64,000 bases of DNA from an uncultured Candidatus Saccharibacteria bacterium (GTDB lineage: Bacteria; Patescibacteriota; Saccharimonadia; Saccharimonadales; JALRHH01). Position numbers and translations under genes: made by a program. The stretch lies in contig CAZLJP010000001.1 of assembly GCA_964559915.1 (NCBI GenBank), positions 129,510 to 193,509 of the forward strand, written 5' to 3'. Each line of letters opens with the position of its first letter. Within the stretch, counting starts at the first letter, position 1. Shown here piece after piece: positions 51,760 to 62,714 of the stretch. The notes below the pieces were generated by a model that was given only the letters and a program-made list of their open reading frames with translations, made no database searches and had not been told where the DNA came from.

Positions 51760-52030
51760 CGGACGACTTAACTTAGTCCGCACAAGTTTTACTTGTGACC
51801 AGCAACTAGCATAGGTTCAAATGGTGTCCAGCGAGTGTAAAAGCAAGTCTATATCAGGGGTGATACTTTTGTGCGAAGTTACTCCTTGAAGCCTCTCTTA
51901 GCTGCAATACCCAATCAATATCTGGGTTGCTAAGTAACCAGTCACCTATAGCTTCAAAAGGTTCAACACTGCTGACTTCTGCTGTACCAAACTAAGAGTC
52001 CAGATGAGAGTCTGGGCTTTTTGTTTGGAT

Positions 52031-53809
52031 TTAGATTTTGCGGACTTTTTCGGTGTGAATCATCCAGTGAGACACATTGCCGTAACGATCGGCAGGTACA
52101 TTCAGAGTGTTGAGTTCAAGGCCGTACACCGTGTCTCTAGTCACATAGAGATACCGTGGCTGATACAGTGCAAGCGCTGGTGCATCATTGCGCCAAGCCT
52201 CTAGGAACGGCTTGTACTTCACTGCTCGAAGTGCGGGATCCGCCCTTGTCCTGCCCGCCTGCAGCGCGCTATCAGCGGCAGCTGAACGATACTCAGAAAA
52301 GTTTACTCGGTTTGTTGCCCGCTCATCGGCCTGGCTACTGCCCCAATAGGCATAAATATCAGGATCAGGGCCCAATGATATGCCGTACAACAGCGCATCG
52401 TAACTGTGATAGGTGACTGAGTTCTGCAGCTCACTGTCTGGCTGCAACAACACTTCCAGCTTAACGCCAATTTTTTGCCAATCTTGCTGCAAACGCTGGG
52501 TTACATAGGCATATTCGCTACTGCTCTGTGAATATAGATTAAAGGTGAGTGGCTTGCCGTCTTTCATGCGAATACCGTCAGCACCGGGTACCCAGCCCGC
52601 TTCGCTCAACAGAGCGGCTGCTTTGTCACGGTTAAATGCCAGCTGGGTAATGGCGGGGTTATAGCCTGGGTGGTTTTGCAAGAACGGCTCCTTAGAAGCA
52701 ATAGCCGGGAACCCAAGGTCGGCCAACAGTGACTGTTGGTCAGTCGCTTGAACTAATGCTTGGCGAACTTTTACGTCTTTGAGGATTTCTTGAGAATTAC
52801 GGAAGAAGACCATAATCTGGGCTGTGAGCGGTACATTGTACTGGTCAATTGAAACGTCAGCCTTAAAGGTATCTGGTAGTGCTTCCACGCCACTCATTGC
52901 AGTTAACTCATGGTTTTCGAAGCTATGTATCATAGTGGTCTCGTCTGCAAAATATTGGATAACGTAATGACTCAATGCAGGTTTACCTTGGTAATAATAT
53001 TGATTTGGGTTCAGGCCGATACGCCCACCGGGCATGTCAGTGTTATGTGAAACCTCTACCCTATCCCATGAGAATGGCCCAGCACCAACGGGGGCGGTGT
53101 TGAATTGCATGCCGCGCATCTGTGCAGGCGGCACGGTTGCCAGTAAATGCTCGGGGATAATGCCAGTAGTCAATGAATACGGGAATGCGCTGAGAATACT
53201 TGGCAGCGTGAATACGACGGTGTAATCATCCTTGGCTTGTATATTAATTCCCTGCCAGCTACTAAAGAGTGGTGATTTGGCATCGGGATTCTGAATTGTC
53301 TTATACGTAAACACCACGTCACGCGCCTTCAATGGCTTGTTATCCTGCCACAAAATATTGCGCTTGAGGGTCACCGTATAGGTAGTTTCGGCGGCGTCCA
53401 CTTCCCATTTTTCTGCCAAATCGCCAACTAGCTTATTTTGAGCATCGTATTTGAATAGCCCTGCAAACACCAGGCGAGAAACCGCACTATCGACTGCCCC
53501 GGTGGCATATATGGGATTAGCATTAGTAAAGGCGCCTAGGATGCCTTCTGTGTACGTGCCGCCCGCTACGGGAGCAGGGGTCTGGTAGTACTTACTAAGG
53601 TCAGAAAACTGATACACCGTCGCGCCCAACAGCAGCACTGCGAGTACAATCCATGTCAGCACAAACCGACGTACATCAGCCAAACGGCTTAAACGCTTGA
53701 AGAAATGGCGTTCTATTTGTTCTTCTGCTTGCACGCCCAGGTCTTCAACCTGGTTCTTACTACGCCTAAACCGGCGACGCCACCTCAGCCGAGTAGTTCT
53801 ATCTATCAT
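52031..53809 (-). CDS. Peptide/nickel ABC substrate-binding protein (family 5), membrane-anchored
   Basis: GDLAEKWE, WQD.KP....DV.FT, PVGAGPF, VRQAL..A, LL.EAGW. Confidence 0.9.
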   Translation of the reverse strand: MIDRTTRLRWRRRFRRSKNQVEDLGVQAEEQIERHFFKRLSRLADVRRFVLTWIVLAVLLLGATVYQFSDLSKYYQTPAPVAGGTYTEGILGAFTNANPIYATGAVDSAVSRLVFAGLFKYDAQNKLVGDLAEKWEVDAAETTYTVTLKRNILWQDNKPLKARDVVFTYKTIQNPDAKSPLFSSWQGINIQAKDDYTVVFTLPSILSAFPYSLTTGIIPEHLLATVPPAQMRGMQFNTAPVGAGPFSWDRVEVSHNTDMPGGRIGLNPNQYYYQGKPALSHYVIQYFADETTMIHSFENHELTAMSGVEALPDTFKADVSIDQYNVPLTAQIMVFFRNSQEILKDVKVRQALVQATDQQSLLADLGFPAIASKEPFLQNHPGYNPAITQLAFNRDKAAALLSEAGWVPGADGIRMKDGKPLTFNLYSQSSSEYAYVTQRLQQDWQKIGVKLEVLLQPDSELQNSVTYHSYDALLYGISLGPDPDIYAYWGSSQADERATNRVNFSEYRSAAADSALQAGRTRADPALRAVKYKPFLEAWRNDAPALALYQPRYLYVTRDTVYGLELNTLNVPADRYGNVSHWMIHTEKVRKI

Positions 53810-53818
53810 TGCGTAAGC

Positions 53819-54034
53819 TTAGGCAACAATGCCCAGTACGATTGACGCTACGAATACAAAAGCGATAATAATGGTCAGTTGATGCAGACTTTTGTCTGTG
53901 CCACGACGTACGGTGTTGATTTCACCACCGCCACCACCTAGACCAGCACCCAATGAAGCGCCGCGTGTTTGAATTAGAATCAGTATGGTCAGTACCACCA
54001 TTGTGCCCATTGTGACGTAGTTATAAATACTCAT
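53819..54034 (-). CDS. secG: Preprotein translocase subunit SecG
   Basis: ILIQ.RGA.LG...GG...RRG.DK.L...T, two TMs. Confidence 0.9.
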   Translation of the reverse strand: MSIYNYVTMGTMVVLTILILIQTRGASLGAGLGGGGGEINTVRRGTDKSLHQLTIIIAFVFVASIVLGIVA

Positions 54035-54060
54035 AGTTATTGCTCCCCGGCTTGGCCGAG

Positions 54061-54423
54061 TTAATCCTCCAAAATAGTGTTCACTAAGTAGTTTACCAAG
54101 CCGATGATCATACCCGCAAGCATTGCCGCCCCAAAATTGGTGACATGCAGTGCTGGATAGAGCCAGCTGGCTATTAATACCATCAAGCCATTAATCACAA
54201 TCATGAAGAGCCCAAGGCTAAATAATATAGCCGGCAACGACAGCAAAACGACGATTGGCTTGATAATGCTATTTACGGCGGCCAAGATACCACCCGCCAC
54301 TACAATGACCGCCAGACGCTTATCGTACTCTAGGGCGTCGCCAAGTAGACCAGCTGCAATCCATAGGCCTAGGCCACAAACCACCCAGCGGACAAGAAAT
54401 CGAGCAAGAGGACCTTTTTTCAT
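54061..54423 (-). CDS. 4-TM 'phage holin family' (YvlD-like) membrane protein
   Basis: N.IIKP....LSLP...SLGLF..VING. Confidence 0.85.
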   Translation of the reverse strand: MKKGPLARFLVRWVVCGLGLWIAAGLLGDALEYDKRLAVIVVAGGILAAVNSIIKPIVVLLSLPAILFSLGLFMIVINGLMVLIASWLYPALHVTNFGAAMLAGMIIGLVNYLVNTILED

Positions 54424-54433
54424 AATCTTATGC

Positions 54434-55660
54434 TTATTCTAGCACGCGCGGTAGCTTTGCGGACAGGACTCGCACACCTGATTCCTCGACCACTACATCA
54501 TCTTCAATACGGATACCAATCGACTCTTCTGGTATATAAATGCCCGGCTCAACTGTTAGCACCATGCCTGCTTCCAGTGGTAATTCATAATCAGCTACAT
54601 CATGTACATCTAACCCGAGGAAATGTGAGGTAGCGTGTGGGTAGTATTGGCGTATTGCGTCAGATTCGATTGATTTAATAAGTCCTAGTTCACGCAGCTT
54701 TTCGCCCATAAATAGTGCCACCGACTGCTCATATTCCCGTAATATGACACCAGGCTTCAGCATATCCAGCGCATATTCCTGAACAGCCAGCACGGCATCG
54801 TAGACTTGCTGTTGCCGCTTGGTCGGCACCTCGAGGCTATAGGTGCGTGTAATATCTGCGGCATAATGATTAACTTCGGCACCGACATCAAGTAGCACCA
54901 GTTCATTCTCTACAAGTTGACTACTATTTTGAGTGTAATGTAGTGTGCAGGCATTTTGTCCTGATGCAACAATTGGCTGATAGGCGTGGTCATAGCTTTG
55001 CTGTTTGAAGCCTGCGGTTATGAACGCTTCCGCCTCAAATTCATACGTAAAGGTGCCTGGCCGTTTTTTCTTGAACTTCTGCAGCGTATCAACGGTTATA
55101 TCGATTGCCTGCTGGATTGCGGCAAGCTCGGCTGGCTGCTTAACCATGCGCATACGGGCCACATGCATACGTAGGTCAAGCAATTCTATATCAGCATTCT
55201 GTGACTTGATTCTTTTGATTAGGCGAGCGCGGGCTGGATTACTATAAAACCCATGTGCCGAGACATAAGACGGATTGGCTGCTAGTGTAGCCACGTGCTT
55301 AACTCGCTGTAACCGAGCCTCGAGCTGTTTCCAGCCAGTATCGGCAGACAACACCGACTCAATGCCAGATATAGTACTAAGACTGCTATTTTCAATCTGA
55401 CCATCAAACGCCACCCGATGTTCATCGCGCTCGGGTATAATCAAATACTCTTTGCCCTTGTCCATCACCAGCACAACATCAGGCTCATCAATACCAGTTA
55501 GGTACCAAAAATTACTATCCTGTCGATACGGAAAGGTAACGTCACCACTACGCTGTAGCAACCCATTAGCAGTCAGTACAATCGGGGCAGTGCCCGTAAA
55601 CAGTTCCCGAAGGCGCTGTCGATTGCCGGCAAAAAAGGCCGCATCCAAAACTTCACTCAT
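54434..55660 (-). CDS. pepP: Xaa-Pro aminopeptidase
   Basis: YRQDSNFWYLTG, DVGAE...YAADITRT, HFLGLDVHD, TVEPGIY, GIRIEDD. Confidence 0.93.
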   Translation of the reverse strand: MSEVLDAAFFAGNRQRLRELFTGTAPIVLTANGLLQRSGDVTFPYRQDSNFWYLTGIDEPDVVLVMDKGKEYLIIPERDEHRVAFDGQIENSSLSTISGIESVLSADTGWKQLEARLQRVKHVATLAANPSYVSAHGFYSNPARARLIKRIKSQNADIELLDLRMHVARMRMVKQPAELAAIQQAIDITVDTLQKFKKKRPGTFTYEFEAEAFITAGFKQQSYDHAYQPIVASGQNACTLHYTQNSSQLVENELVLLDVGAEVNHYAADITRTYSLEVPTKRQQQVYDAVLAVQEYALDMLKPGVILREYEQSVALFMGEKLRELGLIKSIESDAIRQYYPHATSHFLGLDVHDVADYELPLEAGMVLTVEPGIYIPEESIGIRIEDDVVVEESGVRVLSAKLPRVLE

Positions 55661-55694
55661 AACAGACTCCTAGTATACACTACGGCACCTACCT

Positions 55695-57182
55695 CTATAG
55701 GTACTGCTTGATGAGTGTAGCCTTGGATTGGCCAACTACATCCGTCAGCTCCTCAATAGACGCTTGTTTGACACCACGAACACTGCCAAAGGTTTTGAGA
55801 AGTTGCTTGCGAGTCGCTGGCCCAATACTAGGGATATCATCTAGAGAACTGGCAGTCTGACGCTTGGCCTTGAGCACCGAATGATAGCTAACCGCAAAAC
55901 GGTGAGATTCATCACGGATGCGCTGGAGTAGCTTGACTAGGTTGGTGTTGTGCGGCAGATTGACCAATATAAAGTCTTCGCTTTCTGTTACAAATCCACC
56001 AAGCTTCTTAATACTTAACATGTTAAGTATTATATTCGAGCGACTTTTCTCAATCACGATTTGTTCTTCACGCTTAGCCAAACCAATAGCCGGAATCTTG
56101 GATAGACCTCGTTCATCGCGAGCTTTCAAGGCTGCATCAAGCTGACCCTTACCTCCGTCTATGAGTAGTAAGTCCGGCTTACCCCAGGCTTTAACATTCT
56201 TTTCGGACAAGCGTCGCTTGAGCGTTTCATTCATATTATAGAAATCATTATTGTGATTAATCTTGGTTTTGAATTTACGGTACTGACCCTTATCACTCAC
56301 ACCATTGGTGAACACCACCATACTGGCCACCACATCTGTTCCCTGCATATGACTGATGTCATAGCCCTCGATACGCCTGGGATAGCCCTCAAGCCCCAAC
56401 AACTCAACCAGCTCGGTCAGTGCGTGGTCTTTGCTAATATCAAGGAATTCTTTGTCGCTAAAGATAACTTGGTGGCCGAGCTTTTGCAGCGCAAAGATTT
56501 GGTTACGGACCCTGGCTGCATCCTCAAACTGCGCTGCTTTAGAAAGCTGTTTCATGTCTTTCTCTAGCTCTTTGATAATATTGGTTCGTTTGCCCTCAAT
56601 AACGGCGATTAGTTTGCGCAGATTTGCCCGATACTCTTCTAGACTTGTTTTGCCTTCTTCTAACCCCGGGTCCAGCCCCAAATGATAATGCAATGTTGCT
56701 CGTTTTTGATGAATGGTTTGTTTTTCGGCAAAAGGGAACACGCGGCGCAGATATTTGAGCGCCTTGCGCACCGTCAAGCTACTAAGATACGGGCCAAAGT
56801 ACCGCGCTCCGTCATCCATTGGCCGCCGTGTAACCGTTACCGTGGGATGGTCGCTATCATAATCAATACGAATGTAGCTCATTGATTTATCATCACGGAG
56901 CAAAATGTTGTAGCGCGGCATGTAGCGCCGAATCATTTCGGCTTCTAGAAACAGTGCTTCTAGCTCACTTGCTACAACCATCCAGTCTGTATCAACAATC
57001 TCTGATACCAAAATCTCGGTCTTAGGGTCGCGCCCACGGGATTTCTGGAAATACTGACGCACACGATTATTTAGAACTGCTGCCTTGCCAACATAAATAA
57101 TCTCCCCTTTTGCATCCTTGTGGAAGTACACACCGGGCTCTTTGGGCAGTTGCTTAAGCTTTGTCTCTAGGTTCTTGTTCAC
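55695..57182 (-). CDS. uvrC: Excinuclease ABC subunit C (short, Cys-rich motif absent)
   Basis: PGVY, IYVGKA, YNILLRDDK, RIEGYDISH, IDGGKGQL, RDESHRFA. Confidence 0.96.
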   Translation of the reverse strand: MNKNLETKLKQLPKEPGVYFHKDAKGEIIYVGKAAVLNNRVRQYFQKSRGRDPKTEILVSEIVDTDWMVVASELEALFLEAEMIRRYMPRYNILLRDDKSMSYIRIDYDSDHPTVTVTRRPMDDGARYFGPYLSSLTVRKALKYLRRVFPFAEKQTIHQKRATLHYHLGLDPGLEEGKTSLEEYRANLRKLIAVIEGKRTNIIKELEKDMKQLSKAAQFEDAARVRNQIFALQKLGHQVIFSDKEFLDISKDHALTELVELLGLEGYPRRIEGYDISHMQGTDVVASMVVFTNGVSDKGQYRKFKTKINHNNDFYNMNETLKRRLSEKNVKAWGKPDLLLIDGGKGQLDAALKARDERGLSKIPAIGLAKREEQIVIEKSRSNIILNMLSIKKLGGFVTESEDFILVNLPHNTNLVKLLQRIRDESHRFAVSYHSVLKAKRQTASSLDDIPSIGPATRKQLLKTFGSVRGVKQASIEELTDVVGQSKATLIKQYL

Positions 57183-57204
57183 AGCTTATAGTATACAAGC
57201 GAGT

Positions 57205-57750
57205 CTAGTTACTGACGAGCTCTGCTAGTTTCTTGGCGGTGGTGATGTTACGAATTGTCATTTGCTTGTACAAAGGAGTACCAACGATACGTAACAGGCT
57301 GTACTTTGTCTGATTCTGACGTGATATGTTGGCCAGCACCGCGCCGTCCATATAAACCATGGTTTCTAGCTCTGGCCTGTGCCCCAGCTTGTCTAGCACA
57401 TCTGGCTTATTGATATCGTCAAACAGATACAGCACGTCAGATTTCTGACCAGATTTATCCGGCTGCGGTTTGTCGTTCGTCCAAGTCTTTGGGATAGCTG
57501 ATGCGATAGCCTTGATTTTCTCACCAGACAAAACCAAGGTAGGAATACCAAACCCAAAATGTTTCTCAAGTGCAGCCTGTACTTCGCTCGCTTTTGGCTT
57601 GGCGCTGCTACTAAATACTGCATTGCCAGAATTGATATAAATCAATACATCCTTAAAGCCAAGACTTTCCAGCACAGCCTTAAATTCTGCCTTGGGCACA
57701 CGATTGTTCCCGCCAACATTGATACCACGGAGCAGCACAACGTACTTCAC
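57205..57750 (-). CDS. DUF1697 family protein
   Basis: YVVLLRGINVGG, YINSGN, TIRN..T..KL. Confidence 0.88.
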   Translation of the reverse strand: MKYVVLLRGINVGGNNRVPKAEFKAVLESLGFKDVLIYINSGNAVFSSSAKPKASEVQAALEKHFGFGIPTLVLSGEKIKAIASAIPKTWTNDKPQPDKSGQKSDVLYLFDDINKPDVLDKLGHRPELETMVYMDGAVLANISRQNQTKYSLLRIVGTPLYKQMTIRNITTAKKLAELVSN

Positions 57751-57754
57751 GATG

Positions 57755-58216
57755 CTAGTACTCTGCTATAACAATCTTGTGCTGTTGCATTAAGGTCTTG
57801 AAAGCTTCTGGTTTTTTCATCAGCTCTGCCATGTTTTCTGGCACAATTTGCCAGCTCAAGCCGTATTGGTCTTTGCACCAACCGCATTGTTCACTCTCTG
57901 GCACTTTTGACAGATGTTCCCAATAGTAATCAATCTCATCCTGGTCTTTGCACGGCACCATAAATGATACTGATTCATTGAACTTAAATTCCGGTCCTGC
58001 GTTTATGGCAACAAAACGCGTGCCAAGCAAATCAAATTCTACAGTTAGTACCTTGCCGGCTAATTCTTTTTGGAAGTCTGCCAAGCCTTCTTCTGTGCTG
58101 CTTGGGTAATATTCTGTGCTGACGACCTGAGCGTCTTTAAACACCGATACGTAAAAATCCACTGCTTCTTTGGCATTACCATCGAACCATAGATTTGGAA
58201 CTATTTGTTGTGACAT
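57755..58216 (-). CDS. VOC family (PhnB-like) protein
   Basis: IVPNLWF, A..FY..VF, FNESVSF, CGWCKD.YG.SWQ. Confidence 0.9.
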   Translation of the reverse strand: MSQQIVPNLWFDGNAKEAVDFYVSVFKDAQVVSTEYYPSSTEEGLADFQKELAGKVLTVEFDLLGTRFVAINAGPEFKFNESVSFMVPCKDQDEIDYYWEHLSKVPESEQCGWCKDQYGLSWQIVPENMAELMKKPEAFKTLMQQHKIVIAEY

Positions 58217-58217
58217 A

Positions 58218-58496
58218 TTATTTGTCCTTTCCTTTTAAATTAAGCATATTTGATGGGTCGCTATGCGCCCTTCCGGAATTAACATGTTTGTCACTAATCT
58301 GTGCACCGTATTTGATAATGTGCACAATTGCCATGGCATGACCACGGCCTAGCTCAAACTCACCACTCAGCCACTGTACAATATCACCGGCCTTTGTGTC
58401 CTTGTCGAACCCTTTGGCCGTAGCCATATCAATAAATTGTTGCGGTGTCTTACCCGTTTTATCTTCAATGTTATCTAGATATGCTTGAAATGACAT
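58218..58496 (-). CDS. DUF4287 family protein
   Basis: MSFQAYLDNIE.KTGK, LGRGHAMA; start moved to ATG 58496. Confidence 0.82.
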   Translation of the reverse strand: MSFQAYLDNIEDKTGKTPQQFIDMATAKGFDKDTKAGDIVQWLSGEFELGRGHAMAIVHIIKYGAQISDKHVNSGRAHSDPSNMLNLKGKDK

Positions 58497-58882
58497 TATT
58501 TCTCCTGCAGGACTGATAGGATATTGCCGGCAGGGTCTTTGAACCACGCTATGTCTGGACCCATGCTGGCAGCTAGGCCGCGTAGTACGCCCTTTTCATC
58601 CTGTGGGGCGGGCATGTTGTCATAGCGCTCCATGACAACTCCCTTGCTTGTTAAGGCATCGATTGTTGCGTCTATATCTTCAACTACAAAGTTAAGCACC
58701 GTAAATGTTGCAGGTTGATGGTCCTCTTTTTGATATACAAACACACTTCCGCCAGCATGTAAATTTAGGTGTAAGCCCATCCTGTCGTCATCGGTTTGGA
58801 GGCCCAGTGCTTCGCCATAGAACTGCTTTGCTGCATCAATATCGTTCACAGAAAATCCGCTAAAAGTTGCTACATAATCCAT
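58496..58882 (-). CDS. VOC/glyoxalase family protein
   Basis: FSV.D..AAK.FY, PATFTVLNF, AWFKDPAGNIL. Confidence 0.9.
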   Translation of the reverse strand: MDYVATFSGFSVNDIDAAKQFYGEALGLQTDDDRMGLHLNLHAGGSVFVYQKEDHQPATFTVLNFVVEDIDATIDALTSKGVVMERYDNMPAPQDEKGVLRGLAASMGPDIAWFKDPAGNILSVLQEK

Positions 58883-58920
58883 ATGAAACCTCCTAATATA
58901 GGTTTTATTATACGCCGGTA

Positions 58921-59826
58921 CTAGGCTGCGGCGACAATTTTAGGCGCTTTACGGCATGCTTCCGTGTGGAAAAGCAGGCTGGGGTCTTCTTTGCAGGTTT
59001 CGCAAATGAGGACAAGGTCATTACAGGCTGGATTGGCGCAGTTTTCAAAGTTGCTGGTTTTGCCACTGCAATGCGTACATTCACCGATTGTTTTAGCATG
59101 GTCAGAAAAGTCCACTTTCATGCGCTTATCAAATACACGCAGGCTGCCTTCCCATAACCCGTCATCACCATAGGCTTCGCCGTACTTCACAATCCCACCA
59201 TCAATCTGGTAAACGTCTTTGAAGCCACGCTTTTTCATCATAGAGCTGATTACCTCACAGCGGATGCCACCAGTACAGTAGGTTACGACCTTTTTGTCTT
59301 TAATGTCACTGTACTTATCACTTTCGAGCTCAGCTATAAAATCACGGGATGTATTAGTGTTGGGGACCACGGCATTTTTGAATTTACCTATACTTGCCTC
59401 GTGAGCATTGCGCCCATCAAAGAACACTACATCATCACCATATTTTTCTACCAATTCATGCAATGCCTTGGGCTTAATATGCTTACCGCCACCAATCACG
59501 CCATGTTCGTCTACATCAAATTCGTCATCAGAATTTTTGAACCCCACCAGCTCACGACGTACTTTTACGCTCATACGCGGAAAATCTTCACGGCTACCTT
59601 CGCTCCACTTAAAAACTATACCTTTAAAGGCAGCATATGATTTGGTAGCTTTTGCATAGGCTTTGAGGTCCGCTAAATCGCCACCAACTGTACCGTTTAG
59701 GCCATGTTGACTGACTAATATACGGCCACGGAGGTTCAGACTGTCGCAGAGTGTCTTCTGCCACAGCTTCACCGCCTCTGGGTCGGCAATAGGCGTAAAT
59801 TTGTAATACAAGAGAATCTTCTGCAT
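58921..59826 (-). CDS. trhO: Rhodanese-domain tRNA U34 hydroxylase (TrhO/YceA, O2-dependent)
   Basis: LLYYKF, GRIL...[24 protein letters not shown]-terminal Cys cluster. Confidence 0.88.
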   Translation of the reverse strand: MQKILLYYKFTPIADPEAVKLWQKTLCDSLNLRGRILVSQHGLNGTVGGDLADLKAYAKATKSYAAFKGIVFKWSEGSREDFPRMSVKVRRELVGFKNSDDEFDVDEHGVIGGGKHIKPKALHELVEKYGDDVVFFDGRNAHEASIGKFKNAVVPNTNTSRDFIAELESDKYSDIKDKKVVTYCTGGIRCEVISSMMKKRGFKDVYQIDGGIVKYGEAYGDDGLWEGSLRVFDKRMKVDFSDHAKTIGECTHCSGKTSNFENCANPACNDLVLICETCKEDPSLLFHTEACRKAPKIVAAA

Positions 59827-59926
59827 CGACAAATAGTATACCATACCCCTGTTATTTACAGTGAGTACGTGGCTTGCAGCCGAAGCATATGTTCACTTAT
59901 GTTACAGAGTAGTAAACTATGAGGAC

Positions 59927-61699
59927 ATGAGCTCTACCGAAACACCCAAAACTGAAATTTTTGCCAAAGAAACACTACGCTATTATTGGCAAGCAAGTTG
60001 GGCATACAAACGCCTCACTCTACTTTCCTTGCTTCTGCCAATAAGCGCAGTCTTAACAAGCGTAATATCTCCCCTATTCGCCAGTCGAGTGCTTGCTTCT
60101 TTAGTAACCTCGGGTCCGACGACAAAGTACTTTATCTTTTTTGTATGTGCCGCTCTATTGGGCTTAGTACTCAACAAGATTGGCATCACGGCTAATATGC
60201 AGCTCCAGGCAAGAGTCATGTCACATCTCCATAACACCATGATTGAACGACTATTGCAGCGCAGCGCTGGTTTTTATGCTGACAGGGTTGGTGGCAAAAT
60301 CGTATCTGATGCTCTAGATTTTTCAAATGCGTATGGTGGTCTGATGACGAATGGGTTCATCAAGGGCATTGGGTTCTTAGCAATCATCATTAGTGGTGTA
60401 CTTATTCTGCTTGCCACCTCATGGGTCTTGGGTTTCAGCATCTTGGTACTACTATTCATATTAACTGTCTGGACGATACACAATAGTAAACAGCGCAAAG
60501 GATACCGCACTATTCGACTCCGGACCAGCAAAGAATTGACCTCTCACCTATCCGATAGCCTTGTAAACGCCATAACCGTCAAAACATTTGCTCGTGAGTA
60601 TGAAGAGATTAAAACTAGTCAGGCTCTCAGTAATAAACTGCGTGATCAGCGTGACTCAGACTGGACACGAACTGTTGCCGACGAAAATCGTCGCGTATCA
60701 CTTGTCGTCGTTCTTCAGATTTTACTGGTCTTTATGCTTATCAAGCTTGTGAACGATGACCCGGCTATACTGAGTACTGGCATCTTTGCTTTTACGTACA
60801 CTATTACACTACTCGGTCGATTCTTCGAGATAAATTCACTTGTTAGACAAGTAGACGAAGCTATTTTGAATGCTTCTCCAATGGCTGAAATACTCCTGCA
60901 ACCGATTGAAATTATTGATGCTCATGATGCAAAAAATCTAGAAGTAAGTGACGGTAAGGTCGATATTCGTAACATGCATTTTGCATACCCGGGGTCAAAA
61001 AATGGCGACAAAGTATTCGATGATTTCTCACTGCACATAGAACCTGGTGAAAAGATTGGCCTCGTAGGCCATAGCGGCGGAGGTAAATCAACACTAACTC
61101 GATTACTGCTTCGATTTGATGACGTCAGTAGCGGGTCGATTACCATTGATAATCAAGATATAAAATCGGTGACTCAGACAAGCCTAAGGAGGGCGATTTC
61201 TTACGTACCACAAGAACCGCTCTTGTTTCACCGCAGCGTGCTCGAAAATATCCGTTATGGCAATCCTACCGCTTCAGTAAAAGAAGTTGAGCATGCTGCA
61301 AAGCTTGCAAGTGCATTTGAATTTATCAAGAAGTTGCCAAGTGGTCTCGAAACCTTAGTAGGCGAACGTGGCGTGAAACTATCAGGTGGTCAGAGGCAGC
61401 GAATCGCAATCGCTCGTGCTATCCTCAAAAATTCACCAATTTTGGTTCTGGACGAAGCGACTAGCGCATTAGATAGCGAAAGTGAATCTGCCATTCAGAC
61501 AGCCTTGGGTGAACTCATGAAGCACAGGACGAGTATTGTGATTGCCCATCGGCTAAGCACAGTACAACGCATGGATAGAATTGTGGTGCTTGACGAAGGG
61601 AAAGTCGTAGAACAAGGCTCTCACAAAGAATTGCTTGCCGAAAATGGCATCTACGCCAAGCTATGGGCACACCAGTCTGGTGGGTTCATAGAGGAATAG
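59927..61699 (+). CDS. ABC exporter, fused permease/ATPase
   Basis: GHSGGGKST, LSGGQRQR, LDEATSALD; N-terminal TM domain. Confidence 0.92.
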   Translation: MSSTETPKTEIFAKETLRYYWQASWAYKRLTLLSLLLPISAVLTSVISPLFASRVLASLVTSGPTTKYFIFFVCAALLGLVLNKIGITANMQLQARVMSHLHNTMIERLLQRSAGFYADRVGGKIVSDALDFSNAYGGLMTNGFIKGIGFLAIIISGVLILLATSWVLGFSILVLLFILTVWTIHNSKQRKGYRTIRLRTSKELTSHLSDSLVNAITVKTFAREYEEIKTSQALSNKLRDQRDSDWTRTVADENRRVSLVVVLQILLVFMLIKLVNDDPAILSTGIFAFTYTITLLGRFFEINSLVRQVDEAILNASPMAEILLQPIEIIDAHDAKNLEVSDGKVDIRNMHFAYPGSKNGDKVFDDFSLHIEPGEKIGLVGHSGGGKSTLTRLLLRFDDVSSGSITIDNQDIKSVTQTSLRRAISYVPQEPLLFHRSVLENIRYGNPTASVKEVEHAAKLASAFEFIKKLPSGLETLVGERGVKLSGGQRQRIAIARAILKNSPILVLDEATSALDSESESAIQTALGELMKHRTSIVIAHRLSTVQRMDRIVVLDEGKVVEQGSHKELLAENGIYAKLWAHQSGGFIEE

Positions 61700-61726
61700 A
61701 AAAAGTGGCTCAATTGAGCCACTTTT

Positions 61727-61948
61727 TTAATTTGTGTTCTTGTGAGAGTCTAGCTCTCGCGCATGACCCAGCATAACAGTACCCACTATAACCGACCAGA
61801 GGCCAGCCTCTGTATGATTCGTTGCAATTTCACCTACACCAACGGCTAACGCTAGCGAACCTACAACCCCAAAAAGTTCAGGACGTGCGTACCATCGTTC
61901 ACGCGCTGCTTCTTGCTCCGGTGACATTAGTTGTACATCTCGAGACAT
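61727..61948 (-). CDS. Small 2-TM hypothetical protein (MSRDVQ...)
   Basis: ATG directly after the rplY stop; two hydrophobic helices. Confidence 0.5.
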   Translation of the reverse strand: MSRDVQLMSPEQEAARERWYARPELFGVVGSLALAVGVGEIATNHTEAGLWSVIVGTVMLGHARELDSHKNTN

Positions 61949-61949
61949 C

Positions 61950-62633
61950 TTAGGCCTCTGGTTTATCTTCAGTCTTGGCTTCGGTATCTGTTTCTTCGGC
62001 AGTTTCTGCTTCTGGCTTGCCAGCGTCTTCGGCAAGAGATTCCTGAGCAGCATTAGCTTCGGCAATCTGATCCTTGGGCATTTCAACTACTGCAACAGAA
62101 TGCTCTGCTTCGGTCAGAATAGTAACGCCTGCTGGAACCACAAGATCCGCTACAGTCAGGTGGTCACCGACTTCGCTCAGTGAACTTGGGTCAACAACTA
62201 TTGTGTCTGGCAGGTCTTTTGGTAGAGCTTTAACGTGTACGGTATCCAGTTGCTTGAGCACCATCAAGCTCAGTTTCTCGGCTGGAATCTCCACATCTTC
62301 CTTGAAGACTATTGGAATCTCTGCCTCGGTGGTTTCGTTCTGATTGATTGCCTGGAATACGACATGGCGAATACGATTCTTTGTAGGCTCGCGGTCGACG
62401 TCTTTGATAAGCGCAAGGTGTGGCTTGCCGTCAACTGTTAAATTGACAGGGTGGTGCTTGCCAGCCTGGCTGTAAACCTTAGCAACTGCTGCCGCATCTG
62501 CTGACACGTGTATTGAGTCCTTGCCGTGATTATGCACAACTGCAGGAACCAAACCCTCGTGGCGCAAACCTGCAAGCTTCTTCCTAATTACTTCACGTTT
62601 ATGTAGTTCTAATGAAATATCCTGACTGGTCAT
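61950..62633 (-). CDS. rplY: 50S ribosomal protein L25/Ctc
   Basis: LR..G.VPAV, ALIKDV.R.P, H..F, ALP.DLP..I.VD. Confidence 0.92.
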   Translation of the reverse strand: MTSQDISLELHKREVIRKKLAGLRHEGLVPAVVHNHGKDSIHVSADAAAVAKVYSQAGKHHPVNLTVDGKPHLALIKDVDREPTKNRIRHVVFQAINQNETTEAEIPIVFKEDVEIPAEKLSLMVLKQLDTVHVKALPKDLPDTIVVDPSSLSEVGDHLTVADLVVPAGVTILTEAEHSVAVVEMPKDQIAEANAAQESLAEDAGKPEAETAEETDTEAKTEDKPEA

Positions 62634-62714
62634 ATGTACTCCTCTGAATCTAGTCCTATCTAGTATAGCAAACTTCTACTAGACCCCGTCTCTTAAAACC
62701 GCTAGGCTATATAC

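Noticed and set aside
54061-54423. Holin as a prophage marker
   Set aside because: YvlD-like genes are common on chromosomes; the neighbours are secG and pepP and there are no phage genes.
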